Below, in pieces: positions 1 through 10,487 of a stretch of DNA of 64,000 nt. A model generated the notes under the pieces. The model had not been told where the DNA came from. It saw only the letters and a list, made by a program, of their open reading frames with translations, and did not search any database. Position 1 is the first letter of the stretch. The number at the start of each line of letters is the position of its first letter. Origin of the DNA: Alphaproteobacteria bacterium (GTDB taxonomy: Bacteria; Patescibacteriota; Minisyncoccia; Phycocordibacterales; JABAAK01). Location of the stretch: positions 18,013 to 82,012 of the forward strand of contig JASGCN010000001.1 of NCBI GenBank assembly GCA_030054135.1, given 5' to 3'. A program made the translations under genes and the position numbers.

Positions 1-107
1 GATAACGTGGCTTGCATAATAACATATTCATTGTAATATGCCGTTATCGCTTGATATATGGCGATAGCCCTATTATTAAATAATTTAATATATTTCATAC
101 TATATAT

Positions 108-395
108 ATGAATAGCGACGAAGAACTCTACGATGATGAATTAAAAGAGTACGGAGATGGATTTGATCCTGATAATGATTTTAACAGTTCTGTTGCAAAT
201 CCAGAAGATTTTTCAGGAATGCATACTGTTGGTCCAACAGATACATTGGGAATTTCGGATGAAGGATTACTTGAAGAAATGCCTGAAGAATTAACACCCG
301 CGCCAATGAAACAAAAAAATGCTCCTGCAAAAAGCATACATAAAGCTAAAAACAAAACACAAGTTGTTACTAAAAAAACAAAAAAGAAAAAGTAG
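108..395 (+). CDS. Hypothetical low-complexity protein, acidic N-terminus and Lys-rich C-terminus
   Basis: 95-aa ORF with D/E-rich first half and KKTKKKK tail; no recognisable domain. Confidence 0.6.
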   Translation: MNSDEELYDDELKEYGDGFDPDNDFNSSVANPEDFSGMHTVGPTDTLGISDEGLLEEMPEELTPAPMKQKNAPAKSIHKAKNKTQVVTKKTKKKK

Positions 396-430
396 CCGAG
401 TGTGAATGTATTTGGTATGCTACAAGAATG

Positions 431-501
431 GCGGGCATAGTTTAGTGGTAAAACATCTGCCTTCCAAGCAGAGGATTGGGGTTCGATTCCCCATGCCCGC
501 A
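431..501 (+). tRNA. tRNA-Gly(TCC)
   Basis: GCGGGCA/TGCCCGC acceptor stem, anticodon arm TCTGC-CTTCCAA-GCAGA, T-loop GTTCGATTC; CCA not encoded. Confidence 0.97.
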
Positions 502-581
502 CAAAGTACTTACTGAATAATTTCGTAACACTCTATCGAGAAATGATACGCCGTTGTATCATACACATACATTAAAAATAT

Positions 582-655
582 CCGTCCGTAGCTCAATTGG
601 ATAGAGCACTCGTCTTCGGAACGAGGGGTTGTGGGTTCAAGTCCTGCCGGGCGGG
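582..655 (+). tRNA. tRNA-Arg(TCG)
   Basis: CCGTCCG/CGGGCGG acceptor, CTCGT-CTTCGGA-ACGAG anticodon arm, GTTCAAGTC T-loop; CCA not encoded. Confidence 0.95.
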
Positions 656-702
656 CAAAACGAAATATATTAAAGGCCGTACTACAATACTCATACATAC
701 AT

Positions 703-2181
703 ATGGAATCACATATTGAGCTTTCAGTTCCACCATCTATTGTAGATATAATTAATACACTAAAAAAAAATGGACATCAAGCGTACTGTGTTGGAGGATG
801 CGTGCGTAATATTATTATGAACATTGAACCTAAGGATTGGGATATTACTACTGACGCACTCCCAGAACAAATACAATCTTATTTTGAACATACAGTATAT
901 GAAAATACATACGGCACAGTTGGCATAGTCAACGACAATACAAACATAGCAAATCTTAATATAGTAGAAGTAACTCCATACCGAAAAGAATCAAATTATT
1001 CTGATGGTCGAAGGCCTGACAATGTCTCTTTCAACGCTTCCTTGAGTGACGATCTAAAACGAAGAGATTTTACGGTGAATGCTCTCGCGTATGACCCCAC
1101 CACATATACTCTTATTGATGAACACGAAGGAATACAACATCTTACCCAAAAATTTCTCGTGGCAGTGGGAGATCCGCACGAACGTTTTAAAGAAGATGCA
1201 CTTCGTTTACTACGAGGAGTGCGTCTTGCCACAGAACTTAGTTTTACTCTTGAAGAAAAAACTGAAGAAGCACTTATTGCTAATGCAAAAAATATACAGC
1301 ACATAGCTGTAGAACGTGTACGTGATGAACTTGTAAAAATTATAGAAAGTGATGCGCCTATGCTTGGCATTATGCATTTAGAACAAGTAGGGTTATTGGA
1401 ATACATCATTCCAGAATTACGAGATGGCATTGGTATTGATCAAAATCAAGCTCATTCATTTGATGTTTTTGAGCACAACTTACGAACATTGGAACACGCA
1501 GGAGTAAAAAAACTTCCACTTGATTTGCGTCTTGCTGCACTATTTCATGACGTTTCAAAACCAGAAACACGCGCGTGGAGTGAAGATAACAAAGATTGGA
1601 CTTTTTATATTCATGAAGTAGTTGGTGCGAAACGGACTAAAAAAATACTTGAGAGACTTAAATTTTCATACGATCTCATTGAACGAGTGGTGATGTTTGT
1701 ACGGTGGCATATGTTTTTTTCTGATCCAGACCAACTTTCATTATCAGGAGTACGAAGAATGATTGCTCGAGTAGGAAAAGAAAAAATATGGCAATTGATT
1801 GATTTGCGTATGTGTGATCGTATTGGTACAGGAAGACCAAAAGAAGAACCGTACCGACTTCGTCAATATCAATCTATGGTTGAAGAAGTGTTGCGTGATC
1901 CAATTACTCCAGGGATCCTTGCTCTTGATGGAAATGATTTAATGCAAACATATAATTTACAGCCTGGAAAAAAAATAGGAAATATTATTTCAGCGTTATT
2001 AGGAGAAACATTAGAAAATCCGGAGATTAATAAAAAAGAAATCCTTTTGGCGAGGGCAAAAGAATTATTATTATTAGATCAAAAAACATTAGAAGAACTT
2101 GCAGATAAAGGAAGATTCATCCGCGATGAAATAGAGGAACAAGAAATTGAAGCTATCAAAAAAAAGAACCGAGTGCGGTAA
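703..2181 (+). CDS. cca: CCA tRNA nucleotidyltransferase with HD domain
   Basis: VGGCVR, DWDITT, DLKRRDFTVNA, EDALRLLR motifs and HD motif (ALFHDVSK); start moved to ATG 703 because the ORF-track start overlaps the tRNA. Confidence 0.9.
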   Translation: MESHIELSVPPSIVDIINTLKKNGHQAYCVGGCVRNIIMNIEPKDWDITTDALPEQIQSYFEHTVYENTYGTVGIVNDNTNIANLNIVEVTPYRKESNYSDGRRPDNVSFNASLSDDLKRRDFTVNALAYDPTTYTLIDEHEGIQHLTQKFLVAVGDPHERFKEDALRLLRGVRLATELSFTLEEKTEEALIANAKNIQHIAVERVRDELVKIIESDAPMLGIMHLEQVGLLEYIIPELRDGIGIDQNQAHSFDVFEHNLRTLEHAGVKKLPLDLRLAALFHDVSKPETRAWSEDNKDWTFYIHEVVGAKRTKKILERLKFSYDLIERVVMFVRWHMFFSDPDQLSLSGVRRMIARVGKEKIWQLIDLRMCDRIGTGRPKEEPYRLRQYQSMVEEVLRDPITPGILALDGNDLMQTYNLQPGKKIGNIISALLGETLENPEINKKEILLARAKELLLLDQKTLEELADKGRFIRDEIEEQEIEAIKKKNRVR

Positions 2182-2184
2182 TTA

Positions 2185-2994
2185 TTATTTTTTTAAATTA
2201 ATCGTAACTGAAATAGGGCAGTGGTCTGATCCAAATATGTCTGCATGAATATGTGCTTGTGTGATTTTTTTGTTCAATTCAGTGTCTGCAAATAAATAAT
2301 CAATGCGCCATCCACGATTAACTTCTCTTGGTTTTGTACCTTTTGGTAAACTAAAATCAAAATTATCCCAATATGTATATGCACCTTCTTTATTTACATT
2401 GCGTGATCGATATGTGTCAACTAAATCATTTCCCATGTAGTCGGTCAAAAGAGTGCGCACTGTATGATTAAAATGAGTGTGCCCTTCGTATTTCTCTGGT
2501 TCTGCAAGATCGAGAGCACTATGCGCAATATTAAAATCCCCACCAATAACTACCATCCTTTTTGTTTTAATCAATCTTTTGGCGTGTTCTCCTAATTTTT
2601 TAATAAAATCTATTTTTTGTACATAATGCTCGTCTGACTTTCCTCCGTTGGGAATGTATACCGATATTACTGTTATTCCGTTGTTTAAATCAATTTGAAC
2701 AAATCTTCCTTCTGTGTCTTTATATTTTGAAAATGTGTTTATTTGATTTTCTATCATTGAAGCGTATTGTCTATGCACCCATACTGCAGTACCCGAATAT
2801 CCTGCTTTTTGAGCCGAATGATACACCTGTGTGTATCCTTCATACATTTTTTGTTCCTCGGTAAGTTGATCTTCTTTTACCTTTACCTCTTGTAATAAAA
2901 CAATATCTGGTTTTTCTTTAGTAATAAATTCTTGAATAGATCCTTTTTTGAACACTGCGCGCAAACCATTCACATTCCAAGAATATATCTTCAT
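2185..2994 (-). CDS. xth: Exodeoxyribonuclease III (AP endonuclease)
   Basis: SWNVNGLRA, LQEVK, GYSG, GDFNIAH, GWRIDY, SDHCP motifs. Confidence 0.95.
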   Translation of the reverse strand: MKIYSWNVNGLRAVFKKGSIQEFITKEKPDIVLLQEVKVKEDQLTEEQKMYEGYTQVYHSAQKAGYSGTAVWVHRQYASMIENQINTFSKYKDTEGRFVQIDLNNGITVISVYIPNGGKSDEHYVQKIDFIKKLGEHAKRLIKTKRMVVIGGDFNIAHSALDLAEPEKYEGHTHFNHTVRTLLTDYMGNDLVDTYRSRNVNKEGAYTYWDNFDFSLPKGTKPREVNRGWRIDYLFADTELNKKITQAHIHADIFGSDHCPISVTINLKK

Positions 2995-3000
2995 AGATAT

Positions 3001-3008
3001 AGTATACT
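3001..3008. promoter_or_regulatory. Palindromic AGTATACT giving a -10 box (TATACT) on both strands between divergent xth and pyrH
   Basis: 23-bp intergenic gap; TATACT lies 6 nt before the xth ATG and 9 nt before the pyrH ATG. Confidence 0.55.
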
Positions 3009-3017
3009 GTTTTTAAT

Positions 3018-3710
3018 ATGCTCATCGTTATAAAAATATCAGGAGAAGCATTAAAAAATGATAGTAATGACATGTACGATAATACAGTATTAAAAATAAT
3101 TGCAACACAGATTAAGCAATTACAAAAGAAACACCGTATCATGATAGTTATTGGAGGAGGTAATATATTTCGAGGAAGAAATATTGATACATTAAAAGGC
3201 ATTGAACGAAGCACTGGCGATTACATGGGAATGCTTGCAACACTTATGAATGCACTTTTACTTCGTGATATATGTACTGCGTATGGAATTGACTCACGAG
3301 TAGTAAGTGCCATTCAAGCAAATCAAATAGTAGAACCAATGATTACTGGAAGAGTTAAAAAACATCTTGAGAAAAAGAGAGTTGTTATTTTTGGTGGAGG
3401 ATTGGGCACACCATACTTTACTACTGATACCACTACCGTACAGCGTGCTCTTGAATTAAAAGCTGATTTAATTATTATGACAAAAAATGGTGTGCAAGGA
3501 GTGTATGACAGTGACCCAAGAACAAACAAAAATGCCATTATGTATAAAGAATTAACCGCAACTGAATCACTGAAAAAGAATCTTACTTTTGCGGATAATA
3601 CTGCAATTGCACTCGCGCGTGAACACAAGATTAAAATAAAGGTGGTTTCTCTGGAAGATCTTACGAGTTTTGAGGATAAAAAAGTTGGAACAATGGTTAT
3701 CCCTGAATAA
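3018..3710 (+). CDS. pyrH: UMP kinase
   Basis: KISGEAL, GGGNIFRG, DYMGMLAT, PYFTTD, GVYDSDP motifs. Confidence 0.95.
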   Translation: MLIVIKISGEALKNDSNDMYDNTVLKIIATQIKQLQKKHRIMIVIGGGNIFRGRNIDTLKGIERSTGDYMGMLATLMNALLLRDICTAYGIDSRVVSAIQANQIVEPMITGRVKKHLEKKRVVIFGGGLGTPYFTTDTTTVQRALELKADLIIMTKNGVQGVYDSDPRTNKNAIMYKELTATESLKKNLTFADNTAIALAREHKIKIKVVSLEDLTSFEDKKVGTMVIPE

Positions 3711-3712
3711 TG

Positions 3713-4609
3713 TTACTCATGAAGAAATTGTTTATGAACATCTTTGAGACGTTTGTTAGTAACGTGTGTATACACTTGTGTGGTAGCAATATTAGCATGC
3801 CCCAATAGTTCTTGTACTGAACGAATGTCTGCACCGTTGGAAAGAAGTGTCGTTGCAAACATATGTCGCAATACATGGGGAGTTACTTTTTTACTTACTC
3901 CTGCCTTGCGAGCATATTTTTGAATGATGCGTTGCACTGAACGCGCAGGAATAGCATTGGTTCCTTTTCCTGCAAATAATGCCTCCGACATGTCTTCTCT
4001 TTTTTGAAGGTAGGTTTGTATTGCAGATATTGCAGTATCAGTAAAAAAAACTACTCGTACTTTTTCTCCTTTTCCACGAATACTCATTTCTTTTTTTGTA
4101 AGATCAAGTGAGCGAGGAAGCCCTACAAGTTCTGATACGCGAAGTCCGGTTGAGAAAAGTGTTTCAATGATTGCTTTATCTCGTACATCTTCAATGGTTT
4201 TACTCCCAACTGCATCACGTATTCGTTTTAATTCATCAATTGATATGAGTTCAAGTTCACGCATGCCAGTTTTTGCAAGAATAATAGAATCAGGCGCAAG
4301 TGTTTTCACTCCACGAGTGTGCATATATTTAAGAAACACTCGCAGTGCAATTAAATAATAATTTTGAGTATTTTTTTTTATAGTAGAGCCACCACGCCCT
4401 GCATGCCTATTTAAAAATAATCTAAATTGATGCACTACGTCATCAGTAACATCTTCTACTGAAGAAATCTTACTGTGGGCAACAAAAAAATCTAGATAGT
4501 GTTGATAATTGTTTATTGTTTTTAATGAACGGCCTAATGACACCTCTACATGTTCCAAAAACATACGTATACCATCATGAATATTCATATACCCCATTGT
4601 ACAGGGCAA
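3713..4609 (-). CDS. XerC/XerD-family tyrosine recombinase
   Basis: TGLRVSEL, GKGEKVR, TPHVLRHMFAT, LLGHANIATTQVY catalytic set; true start probably ATG 4588. Confidence 0.92.
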   Translation of the reverse strand: MPCTMGYMNIHDGIRMFLEHVEVSLGRSLKTINNYQHYLDFFVAHSKISSVEDVTDDVVHQFRLFLNRHAGRGGSTIKKNTQNYYLIALRVFLKYMHTRGVKTLAPDSIILAKTGMRELELISIDELKRIRDAVGSKTIEDVRDKAIIETLFSTGLRVSELVGLPRSLDLTKKEMSIRGKGEKVRVVFFTDTAISAIQTYLQKREDMSEALFAGKGTNAIPARSVQRIIQKYARKAGVSKKVTPHVLRHMFATTLLSNGADIRSVQELLGHANIATTQVYTHVTNKRLKDVHKQFLHE

Positions 4610-4659
4610 TATTTTAAAACATATTGCATTTTTATTACAATACCGTTATACTGAACGAT

Positions 4660-4926
4660 ATGCTCACTACAACAGCAAAAAAAATGGCACAATCAAAAGT
4701 GCAGATACATAGTACAGACACAGGATCTTCTGCCGTGCAAGTAGCCTTGCTTACTGCAGAAATACTGGAACTTAATTCACATTTAAATACTCATAAAAAA
4801 GATAAACACTCTCGAAAAGGTCTCAATCAAAAAATAGAGAACAGAAGAAAACATCTTTCGTACCTTAAAAAAACTAATAAACCATTATACGAAAAGGTTC
4901 TAAAAGAGTGTGATTTGCGTAAATAA
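4660..4926 (+). CDS. rpsO: 30S ribosomal protein S15
   Basis: DTGSSAVQVALLT, HKKDKHSRKGL motifs. Confidence 0.95.
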   Translation: MLTTTAKKMAQSKVQIHSTDTGSSAVQVALLTAEILELNSHLNTHKKDKHSRKGLNQKIENRRKHLSYLKKTNKPLYEKVLKECDLRK

Positions 4927-4982
4927 CTAGTAGTGCAGTAACCATTATTTTTTAACATTCGTACATAACGTACACTATATAT

Positions 4983-5582
4983 ATGACAGCAATTAAACAC
5001 CCAGCTCAACGTGTCGGCGTATTCATTGACACACAAAACTTATATCACAGTGCAAGAAATTTATACAAAGCAAGAGTAAATTTTGATTCAGTGGTAAAAT
5101 ACGCGGTAGACGGACGATACATCGTTCGTGCACTTGCATATGTTATTACCACAGAATCTGGAGAAGAAGCAAATTTTCTTGAAGCTCTTGGGGAGGCAGG
5201 AATTGAAACACGATCAAAAGAATTACAAATTTTTCATGACAACAGCAAAAAAGCAGATTGGGATGTAGGTCTTGCTGTGGATATGATTTCTCTTGCAGAA
5301 AAATTAGATGTAATTATTCTCATATCAGGAGATGGAGATTTTATACCTGCACTTGAATACTTAAAAAGAAAAGGTTGTCAAATTGAAGTTGCTTCATTTG
5401 TACAATCGACTTCACAAAAACTTGTTGAATGTGCAGATACCTTCATTGATCTTTCACTTGAATCTGAAAAATTTATATTTGGATATACTCCAGTGAGAAC
5501 ATCTCATTCTCGACAACAAAAATCTCCACACAGATATAAAACAAATGCTCCACAAAAAAGAAGGATGAGAAGAAATTCTTAA
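4983..5582 (+). CDS. NYN (LabA/DUF88, PIN-like) domain protein
   Basis: VFIDTQNL, KADWDVGLAVD, SGDGDFIP motifs. Confidence 0.88.
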   Translation: MTAIKHPAQRVGVFIDTQNLYHSARNLYKARVNFDSVVKYAVDGRYIVRALAYVITTESGEEANFLEALGEAGIETRSKELQIFHDNSKKADWDVGLAVDMISLAEKLDVIILISGDGDFIPALEYLKRKGCQIEVASFVQSTSQKLVECADTFIDLSLESEKFIFGYTPVRTSHSRQQKSPHRYKTNAPQKRRMRRNS

Positions 5583-5608
5583 TTTCTTTTTCATGTTACA
5601 CTACCAGC

Positions 5609-7720
5609 ATGAATATACTACACACATATACCACCACTCTTGATGGTATTTCCATTGAAGCAATGGTAACTGATCTTGCAATTAAAACAGAGAGTGCGAT
5701 ATTAATGAAAGCGCTTGATTCGCAAGTCTTTGTGACTGTTGCTGTTGGGAAACACAGCCCTGATAAAGATTATTTTCCTCTTCGTGTTGACTTTGAAGAA
5801 AAATTTTATTCTGTAGGAGCGCTATTAGGTAGTAGATATTCTCGAAGGGAAGGAAAGCCGTCAGATGAGGCAACATTAAAAGCTCGTATAATTGATAGAA
5901 CAATTCGTCCATTGTTTCCTACTCATTACAAAAAAGAAATATGGGTATGCGCAACAGTACTCGTGCAAGGATCTTTCCCAACTGAGATGCTTGCAGTTCT
6001 TGGTGCAAGTATTGCACTTAATATATCTTCAGTTCCTTTTCACGGGCCAATATCTGGCGTACGCATGATTCTCAATGAATCAAAGTGGTGCATAGGAAAA
6101 CGTAACACTTCTGCACAACACGTCTCTGAACTCACAGTATGTGGAATGGAAGAAGGAATCACTATGATTGAGATGGGGGGTAATCAAATTGAAAAAACAA
6201 AAGTAAAAACAGGCATTGATGCTAGTCGAACACATATACAGTCACTACAACAATTTCAAAGAAATATTATTAAAGAAATTGGAAAAACAAAAGAAGCATT
6301 GGCTGACATTCAGATTCCTACTGCAATTCAAGATGCATTTACACCTGTGCAAGAGACCATGCGCACATTGGCTATATCTCATAAAAAAAATGAAATCAAC
6401 ACACTTTCTTCTACATGGCATCAAACACTTATTTCATTAAATATTTCCGATGCTGAAAAAATCATTGGGTATGATTTATTTGACAATACACTTAAAAAAA
6501 TAATTAATGAGATGGGTATCATTTCACATACTCGCATTGATGGAAGAAAACTCACTGATTTACGATCACTTCATGCAGAAGCAGGAGGATTTTCTCAACT
6601 TCTGCACGGCACTGGTACGTTTTACAGAGGAGATACTCACATCATGACAGTACTTACTCTCGCGAGCCCCGACAAAGCACAACTTATAGATGCAGTAGGT
6701 TTTCAAGAATCAAAAAAAAGGTTTATTCATCACTACAATTTTCCACAGTATGCAACTGGTGAAGTTGGAAAAATTGGGTCTCCCGGTAGAAGAGAAATAG
6801 GGCACGGAGCACTTGCAGAAAAAGCATTATTGTATGTAATTCCAAAAGAAGAAATATTTCCATACACTATTCGATTAGTATCTGAATCTTTTACATCCGA
6901 TGGTTCTACTTCGATGGCATCAGTCTGCGCTTCAACACTTGCACTTATGGATGGAGGAGTTCCTATTGACGCACCTGTAGCAGGAATTGCGATGGGTCTT
7001 TTAATACACAATAATACATATGAAATCATTACTGACTTAAGTGGTTTTGAAGATCATTATGGGTATATGGATTTCAAGGTTGCAGGGACTGTACATGGCA
7101 TCACCGCCATGCAACTTGATATTAAATCTACACATATTCCAATCGAAGTAATACATGAAGCGATTGATCGTTCTTGTGAAACACACATAAAAATTCTCTC
7201 TGTTATGCATACCGCATTAGAAAAACCACGTCCACATATTTCTACATCTGCGCCACACATTGAACAAATGAATATTAATCCAGATGACATTGGACTAATT
7301 ATAGGATCTGGTGGAAAAGTAATAAAAAAAATAAAGGAAGACTACGCACTTGATGGTATTGATATTGTAGACAGTGGTGTAGTAACAATTACTGGTAAAA
7401 AAGAACAGGTGAGTAATGTAATCCAACATATTAAACATCTTACAAAACAATTTGATATCGGATCATCATTTACTGGAGTTGTTACAAAAGTAGTTGAATT
7501 TGGTGCATTCGTTGAAATTGTTCCCGAAGTTGAAGGATTGGTGCATGTATCAGAGTTCTCTCCTGAACGAATACTGTCCCCATTTGATGTCTTACACGTT
7601 GGAGATACTGTTCCAATAATTCTTAAAAATATCGATCATGAAAGAAGATTAAGTTTGTCAATAAAAATGAAAGACCCTCATTTTTTTGATCCTATACTAA
7701 AAAAACTAAAAAATATATAA
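5609..7720 (+). CDS. pnp: Polyribonucleotide nucleotidyltransferase
   Basis: RIIDRTIRPLFP, RREIGHGALAE, GSTSMASVC, DFKVAGT, KH (IIGSGGKVIK) and S1 domains. Confidence 0.96.
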   Translation: MNILHTYTTTLDGISIEAMVTDLAIKTESAILMKALDSQVFVTVAVGKHSPDKDYFPLRVDFEEKFYSVGALLGSRYSRREGKPSDEATLKARIIDRTIRPLFPTHYKKEIWVCATVLVQGSFPTEMLAVLGASIALNISSVPFHGPISGVRMILNESKWCIGKRNTSAQHVSELTVCGMEEGITMIEMGGNQIEKTKVKTGIDASRTHIQSLQQFQRNIIKEIGKTKEALADIQIPTAIQDAFTPVQETMRTLAISHKKNEINTLSSTWHQTLISLNISDAEKIIGYDLFDNTLKKIINEMGIISHTRIDGRKLTDLRSLHAEAGGFSQLLHGTGTFYRGDTHIMTVLTLASPDKAQLIDAVGFQESKKRFIHHYNFPQYATGEVGKIGSPGRREIGHGALAEKALLYVIPKEEIFPYTIRLVSESFTSDGSTSMASVCASTLALMDGGVPIDAPVAGIAMGLLIHNNTYEIITDLSGFEDHYGYMDFKVAGTVHGITAMQLDIKSTHIPIEVIHEAIDRSCETHIKILSVMHTALEKPRPHISTSAPHIEQMNINPDDIGLIIGSGGKVIKKIKEDYALDGIDIVDSGVVTITGKKEQVSNVIQHIKHLTKQFDIGSSFTGVVTKVVEFGAFVEIVPEVEGLVHVSEFSPERILSPFDVLHVGDTVPIILKNIDHERRLSLSIKMKDPHFFDPILKKLKNI

Positions 7721-7757
7721 TATTAATTGCAGATAAAAATACTACGAGATATACTAC

Positions 7758-8894
7758 TTGTATACAAAAAATATGATAGAAAAAAGAGATACTCCTCTGG
7801 GGACATCTGAATCATTTGATTCTACGCGAGATAAAATATTAGAGCAGCTACGCATGCATGCACAAAATAATCATTTACTGACTGATTCAAAAGATGATCT
7901 CCCACAGATAATTCCAATTACGCCAAAAAAAATAAACACCTCTACTCCTAGTGGTATTGAAGAAAAAAAAACACCAACGAAAATAGACACAGTCCTTGCA
8001 AATGACATCATTGAGCAAACTCAATCGATGCAAAAAAAAAATACCGTACTGAAAGATATAACCACAGCACGAAATGAAATTGAAATAAAAAAAGAATGGG
8101 GAAACTTTGAAAAAAAACGTACACAATTTGCAACCTCTGGATTAATCACCTACACTCAAATTCCAGAAGAAAAAGCAAAAATATCTTTTATAAAAAACAC
8201 AACCCGTATAACTATTTTACTTTTTCTCATTGGGGGAATAATTGCGCTTGTTTTGGCAATTATTTTGCGCCCAACTCCAATTGTTGTGCAAGATACTATC
8301 ACAAGTTTTCAAAATAAATTGCTCCCCATTATAGATCCAGAGTATATACACTATGTTGAATTTTCTAACACAACTCCTAAAGAATCATTTATAAAAAATT
8401 TTTCTCTACCATTTAAAGATGGTATTACTGAGCATGTATATATCCTCAACAAAGACGTTACCCACGTTGCGAATTTCTCTCAAATTGCTCCATTGCTTTT
8501 TCCTACCGCACAACATGCATCAGATCTTTTTTCTCAAGTAACATCGCACACACTCGCAACGGATGTCTATGGAGATGAACGTACTTTTATACTCACCGTA
8601 CGAATTCCACAAACACAAAAAAATATATTCTCCCTTTCTGAAACTGAAACTCATTTTATTACCGATTTTGCAACTCTTCTTCCAGATTATTTTCAAGATG
8701 ATTCAGAAGTATCTACCAGGTCTCCGTTTACTCCTATAATTTTATATAACAAAGAAGCCAAGATTTATCCTGGAAAAGTAGGATCAATTCTGTATTATTT
8801 TTTTAATAATGACATTTTAGTGCTCATTGCAGGAGATATTACTATTACTAAAAAAATAAACGACTTACTCGCGTCAAGTCAAAGTGTAAAATAA
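7758..8894 (+). CDS. Hypothetical single-pass membrane protein
   Basis: One hydrophobic segment (ITILLFLIGGIIALVLAIIL); start may be ATG 7773. Confidence 0.7.
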   Translation: MYTKNMIEKRDTPLGTSESFDSTRDKILEQLRMHAQNNHLLTDSKDDLPQIIPITPKKINTSTPSGIEEKKTPTKIDTVLANDIIEQTQSMQKKNTVLKDITTARNEIEIKKEWGNFEKKRTQFATSGLITYTQIPEEKAKISFIKNTTRITILLFLIGGIIALVLAIILRPTPIVVQDTITSFQNKLLPIIDPEYIHYVEFSNTTPKESFIKNFSLPFKDGITEHVYILNKDVTHVANFSQIAPLLFPTAQHASDLFSQVTSHTLATDVYGDERTFILTVRIPQTQKNIFSLSETETHFITDFATLLPDYFQDDSEVSTRSPFTPIILYNKEAKIYPGKVGSILYYFFNNDILVLIAGDITITKKINDLLASSQSVK

Positions 8895-8906
8895 ACACCC
8901 ATATAT

Positions 8907-10487
8907 ATGCCGATGAACCCTATTCATACCACGCACATTAAAACAACACACAGTACAACACGCATTCAAAGTGCACAACCATTTGGATTGGCAGCACAGG
9001 GCGTTGTGGTTGAAATAGACATTGGCGGAAGTGGCATACATGAATTTCGTATTATTGGTCTTCCTGATAAAGCGGTTGAAGAAGCACGCGATCGAGTAAA
9101 TTCTGCAATCGTACATACACATCTTACTTCTCCAAAAAAACAAAGAAAAAAAATAGTTGTTTCACTTGCTCCAGGAGATTTAAAAAAAACTGGAACTCAT
9201 TTTGATGTACCAATTGCAATCGCATATCTTGTTGCAATAGGAGAAATTACACAAAACATTTCAAATTCATTGTTTGTAGGAGAACTTGCGCTCAATGGAG
9301 ACATACGTCCAATTCCTGGAATACTTCCGATACTTACTTATGCAAAAGAACACGGACATACACATGTATATATTCCTTTTGCTAACAGCAAAGAAGCTGA
9401 ACTCGTAGAGGGTATTTCTATATACCCAGTACGAAATCTTGAATCATGTGTTAATCACCTTAATCAAAAAGAAATTCTGAGTCCAATTGTTCAATCAAAA
9501 AAAGATGCACCGCATTATTACCATCAACACACGTTTGGTCACATTAAAGGACAAGATGCTGCAAAACGTGCACTCACCATTGCAGCAGCGGGAAGACACA
9601 ATATTTGTTTGTATGGTTCTCCTGGAACCGGAAAGACATTGCTCGCAAAAGCAATGCGCTCAATACTTCCACCACTCACAAAAGAAGAAGTTCTTGAAGT
9701 AACTGCCATACATTCTATTTCTTCTGTGCTTCCTGACGGCCCGATATATACCCCTCCGATACGCACACCACATCATTCGTCATCGTATGTATCTCTTGTT
9801 GGCGGTGGGTCAAATATTCGTCCTGGAGAAATTACTCTTGCACATCGCGGAGTACTTTTTTTGGATGAGTTCCCAGAGTTTGATAGACGAGTGATTGAAA
9901 GTTTACGGGAACCTCTTGAAGAACACACTATTACTATTTCTCGTGCTCAAGGTTCAATGCGTTATCCTGCCTCATGTATTGTTATTGTTGCATGCAATCC
10001 ATGTCCGTGTGGAAACTGGGGCAGTAGTACTCCATGTACATGTACATATAAAGCAAAAGAACAATATCAAAAAAAAATAAGTGGACCGATTGCTGATCGT
10101 ATAGATTTATGGGTACATGTTGATCGCATTGAAATTGATGATCTTGAAAAACCACTTAATGCAAAAGATGATCCAACAGAAAGTATCAGAGACCAGGTCT
10201 CAAAAGCCCGTAAAAATCAAAGAAAGAGGCTTGCTCCACACGGCATACATACCAATTGTGATATTCACGCTGGAAACATAGATGTGCTTTGTCCACTCAA
10301 TCAAAAGTTACAGAAAATACTTCGCGATGCAGCCACGACTCTTGGATTAACCCCTCGAGGGTATCATCGAACAATAAAATGTGCAAGGACTATTGCCGAT
10401 CTTGACTCCTCTGACCATATTGAAGAACGACATCTTCTTGAAGCATTGCAATACAGATCCCCTCAACATATCAATTCACACAATTAA
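8907..10487 (+). CDS. comM: ComM/YifB Mg-chelatase-like AAA+ ATPase
   Basis: GLPDKAVEEARDRV, GSPGTGKT, PGEITLAHRGVLFLDEFPEF, NPCPCG, ARTIADL. Confidence 0.93.
   Translation: MPMNPIHTTHIKTTHSTTRIQSAQPFGLAAQGVVVEIDIGGSGIHEFRIIGLPDKAVEEARDRVNSAIVHTHLTSPKKQRKKIVVSLAPGDLKKTGTHFDVPIAIAYLVAIGEITQNISNSLFVGELALNGDIRPIPGILPILTYAKEHGHTHVYIPFANSKEAELVEGISIYPVRNLESCVNHLNQKEILSPIVQSKKDAPHYYHQHTFGHIKGQDAAKRALTIAAAGRHNICLYGSPGTGKTLLAKAMRSILPPLTKEEVLEVTAIHSISSVLPDGPIYTPPIRTPHHSSSYVSLVGGGSNIRPGEITLAHRGVLFLDEFPEFDRRVIESLREPLEEHTITISRAQGSMRYPASCIVIVACNPCPCGNWGSSTPCTCTYKAKEQYQKKISGPIADRIDLWVHVDRIEIDDLEKPLNAKDDPTESIRDQVSKARKNQRKRLAPHGIHTNCDIHAGNIDVLCPLNQKLQKILRDAATTLGLTPRGYHRTIKCARTIADLDSSDHIEERHLLEALQYRSPQHINSHN

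Noticed and set aside
128-702. ORFs 128-502 and 510-698, and the N-terminal extension of cca
   Set aside because: They are shadows of the tRNA-Gly and tRNA-Arg genes
3713-4609. Tyrosine recombinase as the integrase of the tRNA-Ser island or of a prophage
   Set aside because: It is 48 kb away among housekeeping genes, has XerC/D size and no att repeats or phage genes nearby; action in trans cannot be excluded but is unsupported
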